Shown: piece by piece, positions 9,719-19,364 of the stretch
Layout of the letters: every line of letters starts with the position of its first letter
How positions within the stretch are numbered: the first letter of the stretch is position 1
Source: Bdellovibrio sp.
GTDB taxonomy: Bacteria > Bdellovibrionota > Bdellovibrionia > Bdellovibrionales > Bdellovibrionaceae
DNA: 64,000 nt
NCBI GenBank assembly: GCA_036676395.1
Contig: JAKFCY010000002.1
Span: 2,400,001 to 2,464,000 of the forward strand
Direction: 5' to 3'
Notes under the pieces: generated by a model
What the model was told of the DNA's origin: nothing
The model's database searches: none
What the model saw: the letters and a program-made list of their open reading frames with translations, nothing else
Made by a program: the position numbers and the translations under genes

Positions 9719-11005
9719 TTAAAATAATTCTGTAAAAAACTTTTTCATTTTTGATGTCACATCAGAAATTGAATCTGACATCGCTTCGCCAAATAATGAC
9801 GTTGTCGAAAGATCTTGCGGCGTTTGCGCGTAGTATTCTTTCTTAGTTTCTAAGGCGTAAAACAATAAACCGATAGCGGTTGCAAACTCGCCACCTTTAA
9901 CAACATCTTTTAATCCACCAACTAAAGCTGGGTAACCGCGGCGAAGCGGAAGATCAAAAATAAATTCTCCCATTTCAACCATGCCATCTAATTGGCTTGA
10001 TCCGCCTGTAATCACTAATCCAGAACCTAATAACGGCTGAAGCCCGCTCATTTTAATATCGTGAGCGATCATATTTAAAACTTCTTCAGCGCGTGCTTCT
10101 AAAATATGAGATAATTCTTTACGCGGAACCGTGCGCGACTTGCGCCCGCCAACACCGTCAACTTCGATTGATTCATGATCATCAACTAAAGTAGCGAGTG
10201 CACAACCGTGTTTTTTCTTTAAAACTTCAGCAGAAACTTGCGGCGTGCGAAGACCTACAGCCACATCATGAGTAAAGTGCATGCCACCAACCGGTAACAT
10301 TGATGTGTGAGCCACAGATCCGTTCATTAAATAAACCATTTTACAAGTGCCGCCGCCGATATCAGCTACGCAAACACCTAGATTTTTTTCATCAGCGCTA
10401 ATCACAGATTTTGTAACAGCAACTTGATCCATCACAAGACCCGCTACGCGAAGACCTGCTTTTTCGATACATTTTGTTAAATTGGAAATTGCCGATTGCG
10501 AAGCAGTTACAATGTGAACATTAGCTTCTAAACGCACACCCATCATGCCGATTGGGTCAGAGATTCCGTCTTGTTGGTCGATTTTGAATTCACGTGGCAA
10601 CACGTGCATAACCATGCGATCTGCCGGAATCATAATTGCTTTTGCCGCTTCTATTACGCGGTCGATATCTTGCTGGTTAACTTCTTTATTTTTTACAGCA
10701 ACCATGCCTTTTGAATCAAAAGATTGGATATGAGAACCAGAAACAGAAACCCATACGTCAGAAACTTTAGTTCCAGACATTAATTCAGCTTCTTCTTTCG
10801 CTCTGCGAATACATTCAGTCGTTGCTTCGATATTAACTACAACGCCTTGCTTGATTCCAGAATTAGGAACAAAGCCAACGCCTGTAACTTCGATATTAGT
10901 TTCGTTTTTTTCATTCAGAGTCACGTGAGACATCACTAGCTTTACAGCTGAAGATCCAATGTCTAGAGACGCTAGAACTGGTCCAGAATATTTTGAAGCA
11001 CTCAT
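9719..11005 (-). CDS. ftsA: cell division protein FtsA
   Basis: LDIGSS, DIGGGT, ITGGSSQL; start placed at ATG 11005. Confidence 0.96.
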   Translation of the reverse strand: MSASKYSGPVLASLDIGSSAVKLVMSHVTLNEKNETNIEVTGVGFVPNSGIKQGVVVNIEATTECIRRAKEEAELMSGTKVSDVWVSVSGSHIQSFDSKGMVAVKNKEVNQQDIDRVIEAAKAIMIPADRMVMHVLPREFKIDQQDGISDPIGMMGVRLEANVHIVTASQSAISNLTKCIEKAGLRVAGLVMDQVAVTKSVISADEKNLGVCVADIGGGTCKMVYLMNGSVAHTSMLPVGGMHFTHDVAVGLRTPQVSAEVLKKKHGCALATLVDDHESIEVDGVGGRKSRTVPRKELSHILEARAEEVLNMIAHDIKMSGLQPLLGSGLVITGGSSQLDGMVEMGEFIFDLPLRRGYPALVGGLKDVVKGGEFATAIGLLFYALETKKEYYAQTPQDLSTTSLFGEAMSDSISDVTSKMKKFFTELF

Positions 11006-11087
11006 CCGTAAGCCTCGTTTATTAGTTGTACATTCAATAAGCAAATCATGGACTATTGTCTTCCAGACGATAGTCCTTTATTTAAGC

Positions 11088-11855
11088 TTAAGGAGTCTGC
11101 TGCAACCTGACAAGAACTTTTTTAGAAAGATTTGCGTCTATGACGCGTGCTTTAAGGTCACGTTTTTCGAGATAATCCAGCACCTGAGAAACGCGTGCGG
11201 ATTTTACAGCGAATTGATCATCGCCTAATTTTATTTTTATGTTCGATTTTGTAACTTCAACCCAGTAACCTTCTTTAGTATCATAGCCGATTTCTGAAAT
11301 GATTTTATGCGAGAGCTTTCCATCTTCAGGAAGAGATTTTAAAAGTTCGACCGCGATTTTTCTTTTAGCGTGATCTTTGACAAAAACCTCACCCTTTAAC
11401 ATCGCCAGGGGTGGAGCCTGAGTCGTATCTACCTCGGGTAGTAATGCCCCGTCACTAGTCACCGGGCGAACAAAACCTTCTGCTAATCTTTTCTGGTCCA
11501 CATAAAGTAAACTTAATGTTTTAGATTCGATTTCGACGACTAAACTTTGCGGCCATGATCTTGAAATACGAAAATCTTTAATCCAACTTTTAGCTTTTAA
11601 TTTATCAGAGATTCCAGATAGCGACAGTCGCCATAACGACTGCCCTTTGTAAACAGATAACTCATGATTGAGTTTATCCATATAAGGCTTAGAAAAATTC
11701 AGTTGTTCTGATTGGGTGATCACTTTCAATTCAATCTCATCGATCGAAAAAAAACCGCGCTGATCCAAGGTGTAGACCGACGCAAAAATAGCCGCCGGCA
11801 CCAGCACAAAAATAAAGAACAAGCGAAAATAAAGTCTAAGCCTTAGCCAATTCAC
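11088..11855 (-). CDS. ftsQ: cell division protein FtsQ/DivIB
   Basis: N-terminal TM, POTRA-like WIKDFRISRSWPQSL, directly upstream of ftsA. Confidence 0.88.
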   Translation of the reverse strand: MNWLRLRLYFRLFFIFVLVPAAIFASVYTLDQRGFFSIDEIELKVITQSEQLNFSKPYMDKLNHELSVYKGQSLWRLSLSGISDKLKAKSWIKDFRISRSWPQSLVVEIESKTLSLLYVDQKRLAEGFVRPVTSDGALLPEVDTTQAPPLAMLKGEVFVKDHAKRKIAVELLKSLPEDGKLSHKIISEIGYDTKEGYWVEVTKSNIKIKLGDDQFAVKSARVSQVLDYLEKRDLKARVIDANLSKKVLVRLQQTP

Positions 11856-11857
11856 AA

Positions 11858-13837
11858 TTAGTTTTTACCTACGGCATCAACTTGTAAGCCCATCTCTTCG
11901 TAACCACATTGTTCGTTAACTTGGCCAGAAGTGTTTAATTTGTGAAGATAAAGGATAACATCTGTTTCACCTTCTAATGTTGTGCCTAAACGGTCAAATG
12001 CATGTTCAGAATCAGCTAAGTGATTCGTACCGAAACTTGTTTCATCAAACCAGTGGTAGTTGAAATTAACCGGCACTTTGTTTTGCACAGATTGCGTGTT
12101 GTACCATTGGTCTTTTTTCAACTTGAATACGAACATCCAGTGTTTACAACCATCGGCCGGAGACTGAACTGTAACACCCGGGGCGGTAAAACCATCAGAT
12201 GCTGACATTTCATAAGATGATGCCACAAATGGAGAGTAAGCTTGATCACGTAATTTATCAGATCCATCATCATAGCCAGAAGCATACCAGTCAGTATGAC
12301 GGTTAACCGCATCGCGGATACGCTCGTAAGCAAAACCTTTATCAACGTTTTTAGAACCTAAACCCGTTAATGAGTTAAAGCCTAAGTCAGGGCGTTTCCA
12401 GAAAACATCTTTTTGCGCTTCCCAAGATTTAACAAATTCAGTGTAAACAGATTTTGAAGCATCTATTTTTACTTGGTGCTCTGCTTTTAATTTTTCTTGG
12501 TTTGCATTGTGTTCAGCCACTTGCTCTGGAGTCATAACGATTTCATCACCAGTTTTATCATCCCATTTGATGAATTGGCCTTGATCGTTTTGATATAAGT
12601 CTTCGCCGTAAAATTCTTCTCTCACTGGCATTTTGAATCCGAAAGGACCAGCTTGTGGAGTTAAAGATGGAACGATGTAAACAGATTCACCTTCTGAAGA
12701 GAAAGTTTGATCATGTTTTTGATCGCGTAGCATCCAAGTAGCTAAACCTGCACGTGCTGCTGACCAACGGTAAGAGAACGGGTTAGTTGCATACTTGCGG
12801 CACATATCTGGATCAGCCACTTTACCAACTGCTGCTGTTTTAAGAACGTATTGACCGTCTTTATTTCTTGTACAGTTGTTTGTGATTGTCGAAGAGTACC
12901 AAATCATACCATTTGATTCAGGAGAATTTGGTTTAAAATTAGAATCTCCGCGAAAGTCATAGATATAATCTAAGTCTTCACGGTTACAACGAGCTTTAAA
13001 TTTGTTGTATTCTTTTTTATACGCAGCAAGCGCGCTATTTTTAGCCTGGGCTACTGCACGTTTATTATTTACCTTCGGCTTAGAACCAACGGCTCCTTCA
13101 TAATCTTCTTCATCATAGTCTTCTTCGTGAGCATTATAGTCTGGAGAACTACTAGCACCAAACATAGATTTTGTTTCAACATATTTTTTGAAGATAAACT
13201 TAGTTTCACAAACTGTGAAAGGCTCAATCGGAGTATCTTCATTGTATTTACCTAATTTAACATCGTATTTACGGGCTTCTCTTTCTTTAGCTCTGAAAAT
13301 AGCTGCCGAATTTTCGATGTAACCACGGTACGAGTGCGCAGAAACCTGCGACCATAATTCATGTCTGATATTGATGGTTGCTTGTGGCGTCGTAGGCAAA
13401 GTGTACATTCTGTTTACCCAACGGATTTTTTCTTTAATTAATGTCGGGCGGTCACGAAATTCACCGCAAAGTAAAGTTAAGAAAGCATTCGCATTTTTGC
13501 GGCCGTTTTTAACTTCTTTAATATCTGCCGGAAAGTTAGCCGGAACATCTACTAATTCTTTACCATTTTTTAAGTTGTATGTGTAAAGAGGTCCTGAGTA
13601 GAAGTAAAAACTGTATGGAGAAACCATAGCTAATTTTTTTACCGCGTTGACGACGTCTCTGTTCTTGTAGTTTGGAGTTGGAATATCTGCAGAATTTCTG
13701 TTTCCACCGCAATAATCTGCCCAGATTTGTTCTGAGTTTGAACCTGCCGGAACCGGCGGCATAACATCTTTGAAGTCTGCCGCAGACACCGTCATTGAAC
13801 TAGCTAATAAACTTGCAATTAATAATAATTTTTTCAT
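11858..13837 (-). CDS. secreted 659-aa protein, candidate R-S-E ADP-ribosyltransferase
   Basis: Signal peptide; FRGDS, RHT, SPFVASS, WMFVF, DSEHAFDRLG; CDS certain, function inferred. Confidence 0.55.
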   Translation of the reverse strand: MKKLLLIASLLASSMTVSAADFKDVMPPVPAGSNSEQIWADYCGGNRNSADIPTPNYKNRDVVNAVKKLAMVSPYSFYFYSGPLYTYNLKNGKELVDVPANFPADIKEVKNGRKNANAFLTLLCGEFRDRPTLIKEKIRWVNRMYTLPTTPQATINIRHELWSQVSAHSYRGYIENSAAIFRAKEREARKYDVKLGKYNEDTPIEPFTVCETKFIFKKYVETKSMFGASSSPDYNAHEEDYDEEDYEGAVGSKPKVNNKRAVAQAKNSALAAYKKEYNKFKARCNREDLDYIYDFRGDSNFKPNSPESNGMIWYSSTITNNCTRNKDGQYVLKTAAVGKVADPDMCRKYATNPFSYRWSAARAGLATWMLRDQKHDQTFSSEGESVYIVPSLTPQAGPFGFKMPVREEFYGEDLYQNDQGQFIKWDDKTGDEIVMTPEQVAEHNANQEKLKAEHQVKIDASKSVYTEFVKSWEAQKDVFWKRPDLGFNSLTGLGSKNVDKGFAYERIRDAVNRHTDWYASGYDDGSDKLRDQAYSPFVASSYEMSASDGFTAPGVTVQSPADGCKHWMFVFKLKKDQWYNTQSVQNKVPVNFNYHWFDETSFGTNHLADSEHAFDRLGTTLEGETDVILYLHKLNTSGQVNEQCGYEEMGLQVDAVGKN

Positions 13838-13848
13838 CTGGCTGTTCC

Positions 13849-14325
13849 CTATTTAACTTTCTTACCGAAATTGATTTTTCCAGAAAACTGCGGAGCCGTG
13901 CCGTAAACATTTTTATTTGCTAAGCATGGATCATAAGCTGCTTGGTACTTCATACATAGATAAGGTTTAGCAGCTTGATTTTTCTGAACTTTAACTGCTG
14001 TCTTACGCCAACGAGTGATCCATCCTTTTTGACCGGGACGAACTTGGCTCATTGGTATGCCAACTACTAATTTTTCGCTCTTTAAATCAACAACTTGGTC
14101 TTTGTTACAATCAACTTGTAGTGAAAAAAGACGATCATCGATTTTTTCAGATACGTTCACGTCAACCGCATTTCTTGCAGTTTCAGTTGAACCTAACAAA
14201 CCACAGCTCATCACTTCAGTTGTACTTGAAGGCGATCGGTCAAATGCAGGGTTCATATCCGCAACTGGACTATGACCACATGATGCAAGCATTAATAATG
14301 CTGCAATAACTGAAATCTTTTTCAT
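13849..14325 (-). CDS. hypothetical lipoprotein
   Basis: Lipobox LASC; start overlaps the upstream stop (TAATG). Confidence 0.8.
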   Translation of the reverse strand: MKKISVIAALLMLASCGHSPVADMNPAFDRSPSSTTEVMSCGLLGSTETARNAVDVNVSEKIDDRLFSLQVDCNKDQVVDLKSEKLVVGIPMSQVRPGQKGWITRWRKTAVKVQKNQAAKPYLCMKYQAAYDPCLANKNVYGTAPQFSGKINFGKKVK

Positions 14326-15806
14326 TACTTGTTCTCCGTTTTATTAATAATAGGTTGATCAATTAAAAATTCAGAAACTACACCTTGCTTCGGCAGATCA
14401 GGAATCGCTGTTGCCAGTTTTTCCCAAGTGTATACATAGTGAGAAGCGAAATCACGCACCACTTGCGGGATAGTGATGTAATAAGAGTTTTCCCAGTTTT
14501 TGTTAAAGCCAGCGCCGGTTAAGTTAGCTGAACCTGTGAAAACAGCATTAAAATCATCAGCTGCATTTGCTGAAGAATTTTTATCAGCAAAAATTAAATA
14601 TTTACTGTGATGCAATTGATGCTCTTCACCGTTAGTTTCCATAAATTTAAGTTTCGCACCCTTAGCTTCAAGTTTTTGCATATTATAAAACTCTTGCGGC
14701 ATTGTATCGCCGATCGGGTAATTCTCATCAACCGCTTTATAATAAGTGTCATCGTCACAAACGATTCTCATGTCTGGACGATATTTTGGGTTTGAAGCAT
14801 TCATTCTTTTTGTAAGGCCGTTGATCATTTTCGAATAGAAAAATCTGTGACAAGCTAACCAGATTCTTTTTGCGTTGTTGATGCCAGGAGTTCCCGCCTG
14901 CACATCACCATTAAGTAAGAAATCTACAGCTGTTTTTTTCTTAGAACCAAATTCAGGTTCACCTTCACCAGGAATAAAAAATACTTTGATGTCTTTTTCT
15001 TCAGGAGCTTTGATATCGGCGCGGCAATTTTTAATGGCCTTGATGTACTCAGCACGTGAACGACCTGAAGTCTCGTCCCATTCAGCGTTCATGGCGCAGA
15101 GATGCGCCTGTGCGAATTGTGAGTTAGCATTTGTCGTAATGAAGTTCCAGTTTTCATGATGAATCACCGGGCCAGAAGTCATGTTTCCAGAAGAGAATAC
15201 AACTTTGAATTCATTTTTTGAATTTGGATTAATAATAAAGAATTTATTATGTGCGTATCCTAAGTCACCTTCCATACCACGTAGTTTCATTTCTACGTTT
15301 TGCGGGGCACACGCCACCAATTCTTGCGCGATTGTTGTGTCTTCAGTGCTGCTCATAACAAAACGAATTTTTACGCCTTTTTTAGCAGCTTCACATAAGG
15401 CTCTTGTTACAGTTTTATTTCTGTAAGAAAGATATGTGAAAAAAATCTCTTTAACGTTGGGTTGGTTAATCCATTCAACTAAACGGTATTGCGGAGACTG
15501 CGGACGATCACCTGAACGGCGTAAGTCATATTTATTTTTGCAATAAACGTTCTCTGGCTTTTGTTTTAATTTTTTACCACTGTTGCTTAAGACTTCTTGT
15601 GTGTAGGTGTAGACGCCACACTCTGGGTCTGTGAATAACACTTCGTATTTATAGGGCTTGTAATCTTGCAAACGGTCGAAATACTTAACCTCTTGATTTT
15701 GCTCTTCTTCTACTTGCGCCACTTGGCGATTGAACGGTGAAAAAGTTTGGCACGAAAATACAAATGCCAAACAGCTTCCTAAAGCCGCTTTCTTCCATGA
15801 AAACAT
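14325..15806 (-). CDS. phospholipase D superfamily (Nuc-like) lipoprotein
   Basis: HNKFFIIN..SSGNMT..ENWN and HSKYLIFAD..TGSANLT..WENSY; lipobox VFSC; SD before ATG 15806. Confidence 0.88.
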   Translation of the reverse strand: MFSWKKAALGSCLAFVFSCQTFSPFNRQVAQVEEEQNQEVKYFDRLQDYKPYKYEVLFTDPECGVYTYTQEVLSNSGKKLKQKPENVYCKNKYDLRRSGDRPQSPQYRLVEWINQPNVKEIFFTYLSYRNKTVTRALCEAAKKGVKIRFVMSSTEDTTIAQELVACAPQNVEMKLRGMEGDLGYAHNKFFIINPNSKNEFKVVFSSGNMTSGPVIHHENWNFITTNANSQFAQAHLCAMNAEWDETSGRSRAEYIKAIKNCRADIKAPEEKDIKVFFIPGEGEPEFGSKKKTAVDFLLNGDVQAGTPGINNAKRIWLACHRFFYSKMINGLTKRMNASNPKYRPDMRIVCDDDTYYKAVDENYPIGDTMPQEFYNMQKLEAKGAKLKFMETNGEEHQLHHSKYLIFADKNSSANAADDFNAVFTGSANLTGAGFNKNWENSYYITIPQVVRDFASHYVYTWEKLATAIPDLPKQGVVSEFLIDQPIINKTENK

Positions 15807-15871
15807 AGCAGTCTCCTTCGCTGTTAATACAGACACTTTCAGATTAAAGGAGAATATGTTTTTTTAAAATC

Positions 15872-15904
15872 AAAATAAAAAGGAGCTCCTGTGTCTGAGC
15901 TCCC
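15872..15904 (-). terminator. intrinsic terminator
   Basis: GGAGCTC-8nt-GAGCTCC followed by TTTTTATTTT on the minus strand. Confidence 0.7.
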
Positions 15905-15944
15905 ATGTTAGGACGTTGGTCTGTACAATAGACTATGGTCTAGC

Positions 15945-17903
15945 TTAGTCTTCAGCACCAGCTGGACCTGCATCAGCAGTTTGCCCAACCTGAACAGATA
16001 AAGGCCACATTTTCGTGTCAAATTCTTGATTAAAATCACGCATGATATCTAGTTCTTTAGTTTTGTTTCTTACCGTCAGCATGTTTTCATCGTTAATGTC
16101 GTTACCGGTTTGTGACCAGTTTTGCGAACCAACTACGATAATTTCTGCGCGCAACGAGCCATCTTTTTGACGACGTGATAATGTTGCTGATTTATGATGA
16201 TTCAAACCGTTCCAGATATTTTTTCTAACTTCAACTGAACCTGCTGGTTTTTTTGCATATGGATTTTGTTCTAATAAGTTACCGTCTTTAGCTTTCCACC
16301 AAGAATTTGCACCAGCACCAGTTAATTTATCAAAAACGATACGAATTTCAACACCACGAGCTGCTGCTGATTGCATGGCACGAACCATTTCATAGCCGCC
16401 ACCACCGAACATACTGATACGTAACAAATCACCTTTACGGGCTGAGTACACTAACGGCAACAATACACGGTGCTCGCCATCATCTGTTGGTGAAAAGTGA
16501 ACGCGCGCTTCAGTGCCGTCAGTAAATGTAAAATAACGTTGCGTGTTCGGGCGTTTTTTATCATGAAACGCACCAGTCACTAAAGATTTTGGTTTCGAAG
16601 CACTGTCATTAGGGCCCTGAAACATTTCTTTAAACTCTTCTAAGAACGAACCTGAAATCGCATCGTTCTTAATAAGAATGGCTAAATTAGAATTTGATTC
16701 ATCACCCATGCAAGTACGAGCTACATTTGTTGTGCCTGTCCATGTGCTGCGTGAACCGTTATTTTTTTCGAACACGATAAATTTATTATGCATGATACCT
16801 GTAAATGGGTATTCAACACGCGCCTTAGCTTTATCGTTTTCTGTAACATCCTGATTGATAACACGTAAAAGTTGAATGTTGTTTGCGTATTGAAAAGCCA
16901 TACGCGACAAATTCGATTTATAGTTTGATAAATCTTTATTTAAAGCAATCCAAGTCAAATCTTGCGCTTGTAAATCATAAGTTTTAGTCGTTGCTGGAGG
17001 CTTAATAAAGAAATCAGCTAATAAAAACTTACGTAATTCGTACTTACTTTTTGTTTTAGATAATTCAGCTACATCTTTTAAATATTGTTCAGCCCAGCCT
17101 GGCGTCGTGAATGCGGCATTTGGGCTATCAGCACTTGCTACATAAGAAAAATCTAATTCAACTTTTTTATTACCTAAGGCATAACGGCCATCTGGCAATT
17201 TAGTCATATTATAATCACGTAAAAATCCATTAGCTTGGCCTTCATCAGATACATCTAATACGGCATAAGTAGCAACTCCGGCTTTAACTTTTTCAGCCAC
17301 AGCATTAAATACCGAAGACATTGTATCCTGAATGTCATCAATACCATAAATAGCCATGAACATTTTCTTTTCGCCTTCTTTTTTGATTTTATCAGCCATG
17401 ATCTCGGCAACTGTTTTATCTGGAATCACGAAGTTCTTTTCAGTATTATTTTTTAAATTATTATACCAACCTTGAGTAAAGAAATATTCTAACTCTAAAT
17501 TATCACCCGCCGGAACCGGACGGCCTAAGTTAGGCAATGTGTCTTGGCGCATTTTAGATTTTGGTGCAACTTCAGCTTTAGCTTCTAAGCAAGCCCAGTC
17601 TTCAACGTCTTCACAGAATAAAAATTGTGTCGATGAATTTAAAATACGTGTTAATTGAAATTTAAAATTAGTTTTTTCTGGTGTTAATCCAATCGAAACC
17701 AAATAAGCCGCAATCTTTTCGATTTTTTCAGGCGCTACCTTTGGCAGGGCTTTTTTAACAGCCAGTTTAGTGATCTGCACTTTGTCGTCTGTTAAGGCGA
17801 CATTCTCTAAATAGAAAGGACGAGCCATTACGGATTGGCTGATCATTTGTGCTAAAGTGAGACACGCTAAACCGATACTTAATTTGCTTTTTAGGTTTTT
17901 CAT
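15945..17903 (-). CDS. secreted phospholipase D superfamily (Nuc-like) protein
   Basis: MHNKFIVFE..WTGTTNV and NHHKSATL..VGSQNWS..NDENML; signal peptide. Confidence 0.88.
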   Translation of the reverse strand: MKNLKSKLSIGLACLTLAQMISQSVMARPFYLENVALTDDKVQITKLAVKKALPKVAPEKIEKIAAYLVSIGLTPEKTNFKFQLTRILNSSTQFLFCEDVEDWACLEAKAEVAPKSKMRQDTLPNLGRPVPAGDNLELEYFFTQGWYNNLKNNTEKNFVIPDKTVAEIMADKIKKEGEKKMFMAIYGIDDIQDTMSSVFNAVAEKVKAGVATYAVLDVSDEGQANGFLRDYNMTKLPDGRYALGNKKVELDFSYVASADSPNAAFTTPGWAEQYLKDVAELSKTKSKYELRKFLLADFFIKPPATTKTYDLQAQDLTWIALNKDLSNYKSNLSRMAFQYANNIQLLRVINQDVTENDKAKARVEYPFTGIMHNKFIVFEKNNGSRSTWTGTTNVARTCMGDESNSNLAILIKNDAISGSFLEEFKEMFQGPNDSASKPKSLVTGAFHDKKRPNTQRYFTFTDGTEARVHFSPTDDGEHRVLLPLVYSARKGDLLRISMFGGGGYEMVRAMQSAAARGVEIRIVFDKLTGAGANSWWKAKDGNLLEQNPYAKKPAGSVEVRKNIWNGLNHHKSATLSRRQKDGSLRAEIIVVGSQNWSQTGNDINDENMLTVRNKTKELDIMRDFNQEFDTKMWPLSVQVGQTADAGPAGAED

Positions 17904-17915
17904 ATAAACCTATTA

Positions 17916-17932
17916 AAGCACTCTGGATGCCA
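17916..17932 (-). promoter_or_regulatory. sigma54 promoter
   Basis: TGGCATCCAGAGTGCTT, GG-N10-GC, -12 C is 15 nt from the ATG. Confidence 0.65.
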
Positions 17933-18065
17933 CTCTTAACCAAATATAGGTTTTCTAGCGACAGTTTACTGCCTAGGGTTTTAAACCCCTACAAAAAATG
18001 GCACCGTGTACGTATTAAGCTGAGACATAAATACAGAAAAACACGAGCTAAAACGTCGAAAAAGG

Positions 18066-18093
18066 TCAAAATCAGAGTCTGTTTTTCCGATAA
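18066..18093 (+). promoter_or_regulatory. sigma28 (FliA)-like promoter
   Basis: TCAAA-N15-TCCGATAA. Confidence 0.55.
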
Positions 18094-18100
18094 GAAGTAG

Positions 18101-19270
18101 GTGAAAAAGCAATTAATCACAGCCTTTATAACCAGCCAGTTTTTAGCGTTCGCAAGTCCAGCACTTGCCAGCGATAAGACCTTCTATTTGTCGACTCTTG
18201 AAGACGATGATAGCGGTACTGCTATCTACGAGTGCCAGCAAAAAAAATGCAGCGAAGGCCCGGCCACGATCAACCGTTCAGCATCAGTACAAATCACCGG
18301 AGCCGAGTTCAAAGGTTTTATGAATGATCCCTTTGATAATGCTGAAGTCACCGAAGTGTTTGTTCCGGTAAGGTACTCATATCTTGACCCACAAAGCCCA
18401 GATAAATTTAAAACCGGTCAAGGGTATTTACCCAAATATTTATTATCTGAAAAAAATCTGAGCGCTTTTTTTTCTGCTGAAGATGAAAATACCAATCGCA
18501 TGCCAGCTGCCGCGAAAGCCACAGTGACGCCTAAAAAACCAAATATTTTAAAAGCCGCCACTCAAATCTATGGATTAGTCGGCGAATGCCCACTGGTTAA
18601 TGCGACCGTACTGCCAAAAAAACTTTCAAAAGGAAACGTTTTTGATTCTTATGCGTACACGCGTCTAAAAAAACAAAAAATTCCCAAATTACTGAATGAA
18701 AAAATGAAACCCATGACATTCGAAGATCTAATGAATATCGATTCATTAGCACGAACACTCTACGGAGAAATGGGCAAATGTTTTAGAAAAGGTTTACAAT
18801 ACCCGATTGCCGCAGCTTTGGTTGCCGTGAACCGTCTGGAGAATAAGCCTCGTTTTAAAGAATGGACCGGCAGCTCTGTGAAACGCAAAGTGGCCAGTGT
18901 TCCGCCACTTACACGAATTGTGACGACGCCTGAAAAATTCAATAACTGGAAAGTTTATGCCAGCGGAAAGTCCAACGGCCCGCTTCATCACAGTTTGTGC
19001 CCAGCACGCGTTGTGAATAAACCGTTCTGGAAAACCACTAAAGCCAGTCAAGCCGAAGTAGATATCTGGAAAAACGCCGTACGCATTGCTACAGAAGCTG
19101 TTCTGTTTCCAACGAAATTTAAAGCTCGTTCGCCGGCGATGAAAAATATTAACTTTTACACGTCAGGTATGGGTCAGTATGCTGACTACACACAAGTTTT
19201 TCCGTTCGTGAACGATCGTCCATTAGAAAATTTTGATTGTATCGAGATGTGGAAAGAACCGGGCAAATAG
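18101..19270 (+). CDS. secreted SleB/Hydrolase_2-like cell wall hydrolase
   Basis: LARTLYGEM..AAALVAVNR..PEKFNNW; signal peptide. Confidence 0.7.
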   Translation: MKKQLITAFITSQFLAFASPALASDKTFYLSTLEDDDSGTAIYECQQKKCSEGPATINRSASVQITGAEFKGFMNDPFDNAEVTEVFVPVRYSYLDPQSPDKFKTGQGYLPKYLLSEKNLSAFFSAEDENTNRMPAAAKATVTPKKPNILKAATQIYGLVGECPLVNATVLPKKLSKGNVFDSYAYTRLKKQKIPKLLNEKMKPMTFEDLMNIDSLARTLYGEMGKCFRKGLQYPIAAALVAVNRLENKPRFKEWTGSSVKRKVASVPPLTRIVTTPEKFNNWKVYASGKSNGPLHHSLCPARVVNKPFWKTTKASQAEVDIWKNAVRIATEAVLFPTKFKARSPAMKNINFYTSGMGQYADYTQVFPFVNDRPLENFDCIEMWKEPGK

Positions 19271-19364
19271 AATTATTGCTTAATTTTCGACGCTCGGAGT
19301 TTTAGCTGGCAACTGCTAGCTGAAGTGCAGAGCGAAATTTAAGAGTCACATTGCACTCGGTAGT

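Noticed and set aside
14325..17903. PLD genes as an anti-phage defence system (DISARM/Zorya-type PLD)
   Set aside because: Both are exported and no helicase or DNA methylase partners are present
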